Made by a program: the position numbers and the translations under genes | Part shown: piece by piece, positions 17,255-21,234 of the stretch | How the letters are laid out: every line of letters begins with the position of its first letter | How positions within the stretch are numbered: the stretch's first letter is position 1 | Virus record (IMG/VR): IMGVR_UViG_2698536401_000006 | Reading direction: 5' to 3' (one strand) | Source: a virus | Taxonomy: Duplodnaviria > Heunggongvirae > Uroviricota > Caudoviricetes | DNA length: 21,234 bases | Notes under the pieces: generated by a model | What the model was told of the DNA's origin: nothing | Seen by the model: the letters and a program-made list of their open reading frames with translations, nothing else | Databases searched by the model: none

Positions 17255-17465
17255 TGTTCAACCGCCCCGCCCGCTTCGTCTTACGATATTCGTCATAAAC
17301 CTTGGGATCATACAGAAGCTCGCCGCCAGATGCCTCCTGTAGACGCATCGCGCGACCTTCAGGAACCAGCTCTTGCCATTGAGAAACAGCAGATGGGTCA
17401 ACGCCAGCAGCTTTCGCTACTTTGGCTTTCGTACCGTAAAAATTAATTACGTCTGATTTAAACAT
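17238..17465 (-). CDS. dicC: Cro-like repressor DicC
   Basis: The C-terminal ...LVPEGRAMRLQEASGGELLYDPKVYDEYRKTKRAGRLNNENHS matches remembered DicC. Probable start is the ATG at 17465 (MFKSDVINFYG) with SD GGAGG; the ORF track extends to 17492. Confidence 0.8.
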   Translation of the reverse strand: MFKSDVINFYGTKAKVAKAAGVDPSAVSQWQELVPEGRAMRLQEASGGELLYDPKVYDEYRKTKRAGRLNNENHS

Positions 17466-17542
17466 CGCACCTCCAATATTGAGTTTTCTCAATGCTAATC
17501 ACTCAAGGAATCTCAAGTCAAGGGTTATTAAGATATCTAAAT
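17466..17542. promoter_or_regulatory. dicC/dicA divergent promoter-operator region with palindrome TTGAGTTTTCTCAA
   Basis: 77 bp between divergent cro-like and cI-like genes. Perfect palindrome at 17479-17492; the related motif recurs at 18016-18027 and, inverted, at 18052-18063. Confidence 0.65.
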
Positions 17543-17950
17543 ATGAACGAGAAAACTTTAGGTCAACGCATTAGAGAAAGACGTAAGCAGGTAGGCTTAA
17601 GTCAAAACGGTTTAAGCAAAGCTGCTGGCGTATCTGGCTCATCAATTTCATTATGGGAAAGTGACCATACAGCCCCGCGCGGGCAAAATTTGCATCGCCT
17701 CGCCGAGGTATTGCAATGTTCACCAACCTGGATACTGTTTGGCGACGAGGACAAAACACCAGCTCCCCCTGTTTCACTCGATAGTGCCTTAGACTTATCG
17801 GAAGATGAGTTAGAGATGCTGCGTTTGTATCGCGCACTTCCTAAATCAGAGCAACAAGCACAACTCAGCGAACTCCGCGCCCGCGTTGAGAATTTTAATC
17901 GCCTGTTCACCGAGCTATTAGAGGCTCGCAAACGCAACAAGCATCAATAA
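17543..17950 (+). CDS. dicA: cI-like HTH repressor DicA
   Basis: 135 aa from the ATG at 17543 (MNEKTLGQRIRERRKQVGLSQNGLSKAAGVSGSSISLWE...LQCSPTWILFGDEDK...), matching remembered DicA in length and motifs. The ORF track extends to 17492. Confidence 0.85.
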   Translation: MNEKTLGQRIRERRKQVGLSQNGLSKAAGVSGSSISLWESDHTAPRGQNLHRLAEVLQCSPTWILFGDEDKTPAPPVSLDSALDLSEDELEMLRLYRALPKSEQQAQLSELRARVENFNRLFTELLEARKRNKHQ

Positions 17951-18013
17951 TCATCCCTTCACAAAATTTTAAAGCCTTACATTTCAATGTATTGGCTTTA
18001 TCTTGCGCCAATA

Positions 18014-18066
18014 CTTGAGTTTTCTCATCAAAAAGCCTTGACGAAAAATAATGAGAAAACTAAATT
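18014..18066 (+). promoter_or_regulatory. PdicB-like promoter (TTGACG-N17-TAAATT) flanked by inverted DicA-operator motifs
   Basis: -35 TTGACG at 18038-18043 and -10 TAAATT at 18061-18066. Operator half-sites GAGTTTTCTCA (18016-18027) and TGAGAAAACTAA (18052-18063) bracket the promoter. Confidence 0.65.
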
Positions 18067-18142
18067 ACCTCCATCAACACACCGCACGGTGTTCTCAGCA
18101 AACAGTTCCGCTACCCCGGCGTTAAGGGGAAATGAGGTCAGC

Positions 18143-18295
18143 ATGGATACTATCGATCTTGGCAACAGCGAATCTCTGGTATGTGGCGTGTTCCCCAACC
18201 AGGACGGTACGTTCACCGCGATGACATATACCAAAAGCAAAACGTTTAAAACCGAATCTGGCGCGCGTTGCTGGTTAGCCAGAAACACTGACTGA
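18143..18295 (+). CDS. ydfA: YdfA-like small protein
   Basis: 50 aa from the ATG at 18143: MDTIDLGNSESLVCGVFPNQDGTFTAMTYTKSKTFKTESGARCWLARNTD, matching remembered YdfA. Confidence 0.75.
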   Translation: MDTIDLGNSESLVCGVFPNQDGTFTAMTYTKSKTFKTESGARCWLARNTD

Positions 18296-18672
18296 TGAGG
18301 CTGACGATGGAATTTAAAGATTTACCGTCTGATGTACAGAAAACAGCAGCTCATACATTGCATTCTGTGCTGCGAGAAATCGGGAAAGATATTGCAAGCG
18401 AGCCAGCAAAAGATCTGGCCCGGAAAATCAAGACCGCTTTCGTTGAGCTTTATAATGTTGGCACTGACTCTGAAACTGTCGAGACCAAGACCGTAAGTTC
18501 ACCAATATTCTCACTTGAGCCAGGCGTATTATCAGGTGAAATATGCACCGAGATTTCCAGCGAACTGCTTCCGGTAATACGAGAAGCAATTTGCCGTCGC
18601 GGTTTGGATGGAAGTTACGATCATGACGTCCTGCAAGTTCTCAGGACAATGGTGACTTCACTGGGGATTTGA
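18295..18672 (+). CDS. YdfB/YdfC-like protein as a single continuous 125 aa ORF
   Basis: Starts MRLTMEFKDLPSDVQK... overlapping the ydfA stop (TGATG). K-12 annotates two short genes (ydfB, ydfC) here, as I recall. Confidence 0.6.
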   Translation: MRLTMEFKDLPSDVQKTAAHTLHSVLREIGKDIASEPAKDLARKIKTAFVELYNVGTDSETVETKTVSSPIFSLEPGVLSGEICTEISSELLPVIREAICRRGLDGSYDHDVLQVLRTMVTSLGI

Positions 18673-18753
18673 TCCCTGCGTCCTCTAACCCGAGTTGTCA
18701 GGTTGACCATACGCTTAAGTGACAACCCCGCTGCAACGCCCTCTGTTATCAAT

Positions 18754-18811
18754 TTTCTGGTGACGTTTGGCGGTATCAGTTTTACTCCGTGACTGCTCTG
18801 CCGCCGTTTTT
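18754..18811 (+). ncRNA. dicF: DicF small regulatory RNA (ftsZ-targeting sRNA) with intrinsic terminator
   Basis: TTTCTGGTGACGTTTGGCGGTATCAGTTTTACTCCGTGACTGCTCTGCCGCCGTTTTT matches remembered DicF, including the terminal hairpin and U-run. Located between ydfB/C and dicB. Confidence 0.8.
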
Positions 18812-18980
18812 AAAGTGAATTTTGTGATGCGGTGAATGCGGCTAAGCGCACGCGGAACAGTTAAAACCAAAAACAGTGTTATGGGTAGATTCTCTGTATC
18901 CGGCGTTAATTGTTAACTGGTTAACGTCACCTGGAGGCACCAGGCACTGCATCACAAAATTCATTGTTGAGGACGCGATA

Positions 18981-19169
18981 ATGAAAACGTTATTACCAAA
19001 CGTTAATACGTCTGAAGGTTGTTTTGAAATTGGTGTCACTATCAGTAACCCTGTATTTACTGAAGATGCCATTAACAAGAGAAAACAAGAACGGGAGCTA
19101 TTAAATAAAATATGCATTGTTTCAATGCTGGCTCGTTTACGTCTGATGCCAAAAGGATGTGCACAATGA
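18981..19169 (+). CDS. dicB: Cell-division inhibitor DicB
   Basis: 62 aa from the ATG at 18981: MKTLLPNVNTSEGCFEIGVTISNPVFTEDAINKRKQERELLNKICIVSMLARLRLMPKGCAQ. Confidence 0.85.
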   Translation: MKTLLPNVNTSEGCFEIGVTISNPVFTEDAINKRKQERELLNKICIVSMLARLRLMPKGCAQ

Positions 19170-19357
19170 ATTCAGCATTTGCGCTTGTTCTGACAGTTTT
19201 TCTTGTTTCCGGAGAGCCAGTTGATATTGCAGTCAGTGTTCACAGGACAATGCAGGAGTGTATGACTGCAGCAACCGAACAGAAAATTCCCGGTAACTGT
19301 TACCCGGTCGATAAAGTTATTCACCAGGATAATATCGAAATCCCGGCAGGTCTTTAA
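19166..19357 (+). CDS. ydfD: YdfD-like small membrane (lysis-type) protein
   Basis: 63 aa from the ATG at 19166 (MNSAFALVLTVFLVSGEPVDIAVSVHRTMQECMTAATEQKIPGNCYPVDKVIHQDNIEIPAGL), with an N-terminal hydrophobic segment. ATGA overlap with dicB. Confidence 0.75.
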   Translation: MNSAFALVLTVFLVSGEPVDIAVSVHRTMQECMTAATEQKIPGNCYPVDKVIHQDNIEIPAGL

Positions 19358-19450
19358 AACAGTTCCGTAATAAATATCCGGTTTCATTCTTATATGCCAG
19401 CAATGGCAGGGATTTGTTCATCCTTAAATCTGTCATGAGGTTAAAACAAA

Positions 19451-21234
19451 ATGAGTAAAGTCTTTATTTGCGCCGCTATTCCTGACGAACTGGCAACAAG
19501 GGAAGAAGGCGCTGTGGCTGTAGCCACAGCCATTGAAGCTGGCGACGAACGCCGTGCTCGAGCAAAATTTCACTGGCAGTTCCTGGAACATTATCCGGCT
19601 GCTCAGGACTGCGCTTATAAATTTATTGTCTGCGAGGATAAACCTGGCATACCCCGCCCTGCCCTCGATTCATGGGATGCTGAATATATGCAGGAAAACC
19701 GCTGGGATGAGGAGTCTGCTTCTTTTGTCCCGGTTGAGACTGAATCCGATCCGATGAACGTCACTTTTGACAAGCTGGCCCCTGAAGTACAGAACGCTGT
19801 CATGGTTAAGTTCGACACATGTGAAAACATCACCGTTGATATGGTTATTAGCGCACAGGAATTGTTGCAGGAAGACATGGCAACATTCGACGGACATATC
19901 GTTGAAGCGTTGATGAAAATGCCAGAAGTTAACGCCATGTATCCGGAGCTTAAGTTGCACGCCATTGGGTGGGTTAAGCATAAATGTATTCCTGGTGCTA
20001 AATGGCCCGAAATTCAGGCAGAGATGCGCATCTGGAAAAAACGTCGCGAAGGTGAACGCAAGGAAACCGGAAAATACACGTCTGTTGTTGATCTCGCCCG
20101 CGCCAGAGCCAATCAACAGTACACTGAAAATTCAACAGGAAAAATCAGCCCGGTCATTGCTGCCATTCATCGCGAATACAAGCAGACATGGAAAACACTG
20201 GATGACGAACTGGCCTACGCTCTCTGGCCTGGTGATGTGGATGCCGGAAACATTGACGGCAGCATCCATCGCTGGGCAAAAAAAGAAGTTATCGACAACG
20301 ACCGCGAAGACTGGAAGCGTATCTCGGCATCAATGCGCAAACAGCCTGATGCCCTTCGCTACGACCGCCAGACTATTTTTGGCCTTGTCCGTGAGCGTCC
20401 GATCGACATTCACAAAGATCCCATAGCACTGAACAAATATATCTGCGAATACCTGACGACAAAGGGCGTGTTTGAGAGTGAAGAAACAGACCTGGGCACT
20501 GTTGATGTTCTCCAGTCATCAGAAACACAAACTGATGCAGTGGAAACTGAGGTATCTGATATCCCAAAAAATGAAACCGCGCCGGAAGCTGAACCATCTG
20601 TAGAGCGTGAGGGGCCGTTCTATTTCCTCTTCGCAGATAAGGACGGAGAAAAATACGGTCGCGCAAACAAACTTTCTGGTCTGGATAAGGCACTGGCTGC
20701 TGGCGCCACTGAAATCACAAAAGAAGAATATTTTGCCCGAAAAAATGGCACATACACGGGCTTACCGCAAAATGTAGATACCGCTGAAGATTCAGAACAA
20801 CCAGAGCCGATAAAAGTTACCGCTGACGAAGTAAACAAAATTATGCAGGCAGCCAATATCAGCCAGCCTGACGCCGATAAGTTGCTTGCTGCATCACGTG
20901 GTGAATTTGTTGAAGGGATTAGTGACCCGAATGATCCGAAATGGGTTAAGGGGATCCAGACCCGCGATTCTGTGAACCAGAACCAGCATGAATCGGAACG
21001 GAACTACCAAAAAGCGGAACAAAACAGCACAAATGCGTTACAAAACGAGCCAGAAACGAAACAGCCTGAACCAGTGGCGCAACAGGAAGTGGAAAAAGTC
21101 TGCACCGCCTGCGGTCAGACCGGCGGCGGCAACTGCCCTGATTGTGGCGCGGTGATGGGCGACGCAACATACCAAGAAACATTCGATGAAGAGTATCAGG
21201 TTGAAGTTCAGGAAGATGATCCGGAGGAAATGGA
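19451..21234 (+). CDS. recE: RecE-like exonuclease VIII, N-terminal and middle regions; partial, continues beyond the window
   Basis: Open frame from the ATG at 19451 (MSKVFICAAIPDELATREEG...) with no stop before the window end, so it is absent from the ORF track. The distal part (KLLAASRGEFVEGISDPNDPKWVKGIQTRDSVNQNQHESERNYQKAEQNS...CTACGQTGGGNCPDCGAVMGDATYQETF) matches remembered Rac RecE. Confidence 0.8.
   Translation, partial: MSKVFICAAIPDELATREEGAVAVATAIEAGDERRARAKFHWQFLEHYPAAQDCAYKFIVCEDKPGIPRPALDSWDAEYMQENRWDEESASFVPVETESDPMNVTFDKLAPEVQNAVMVKFDTCENITVDMVISAQELLQEDMATFDGHIVEALMKMPEVNAMYPELKLHAIGWVKHKCIPGAKWPEIQAEMRIWKKRREGERKETGKYTSVVDLARARANQQYTENSTGKISPVIAAIHREYKQTWKTLDDELAYALWPGDVDAGNIDGSIHRWAKKEVIDNDREDWKRISASMRKQPDALRYDRQTIFGLVRERPIDIHKDPIALNKYICEYLTTKGVFESEETDLGTVDVLQSSETQTDAVETEVSDIPKNETAPEAEPSVEREGPFYFLFADKDGEKYGRANKLSGLDKALAAGATEITKEEYFARKNGTYTGLPQNVDTAEDSEQPEPIKVTADEVNKIMQAANISQPDADKLLAASRGEFVEGISDPNDPKWVKGIQTRDSVNQNQHESERNYQKAEQNSTNALQNEPETKQPEPVAQQEVEKVCTACGQTGGGNCPDCGAVMGDATYQETFDEEYQVEVQEDDPEEM

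Noticed and set aside
19533-21182. Multiple track ORFs on both strands (for example 19615-19965, 19670-20116, 19965-20426, 20373-20693, 20620-20856, 20946-21182)
   Set aside because: They overlap the long recE-like frame, which matches a known protein. These are frame artefacts.

Overview
This 21.2 kb window is a segment of a Qin-type defective lambdoid prophage of E. coli/Shigella, identified by reading the ORF translations and DNA motifs against remembered lambda and E. coli K-12 sequences; no database search was run. From left to right it contains: a lambda-type cos site with the first codons of nu1 (1-260); accessory 'moron' genes (RHH protein, ydfO-like, gnsB, ynfN-like, cspI); a minus-strand lysis cassette (holin essQ, ydfR, SAR endolysin, Rz/Rz1); cold-shock genes cspB and cspF; the Q antiterminator quuQ with a pR'-like promoter and tR'-like terminator; ydfU-like and rem-like genes; the relBE-hokD toxin-antitoxin operon; flxA with a sigma-28 promoter; a DDE transposase; a low-GC two-gene cassette flanked by about 32 bp imperfect direct repeats; a QueH-like gene; a lambda-O-like replication initiator with embedded iterons; the dicC/dicA immunity switch; the dicB operon (ydfA, ydfB/C, DicF sRNA, dicB, ydfD); and the 5' part of a recE-like exonuclease gene that runs off the right edge. 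The best candidate for a novel system is the low-GC cassette at 12.6-14.3 kb (a 4-TM membrane protein translationally coupled to a 342 aa protein), which looks like an inserted anti-phage defence module; its only resemblance to a known system is an architecture-level similarity to Kiwa, which is unverified. As I remember the K-12 Qin layout, this prophage differs by having the transposase plus cassette in place of intK/ydfX, a retained replication module, and an uninterrupted recE-like gene.
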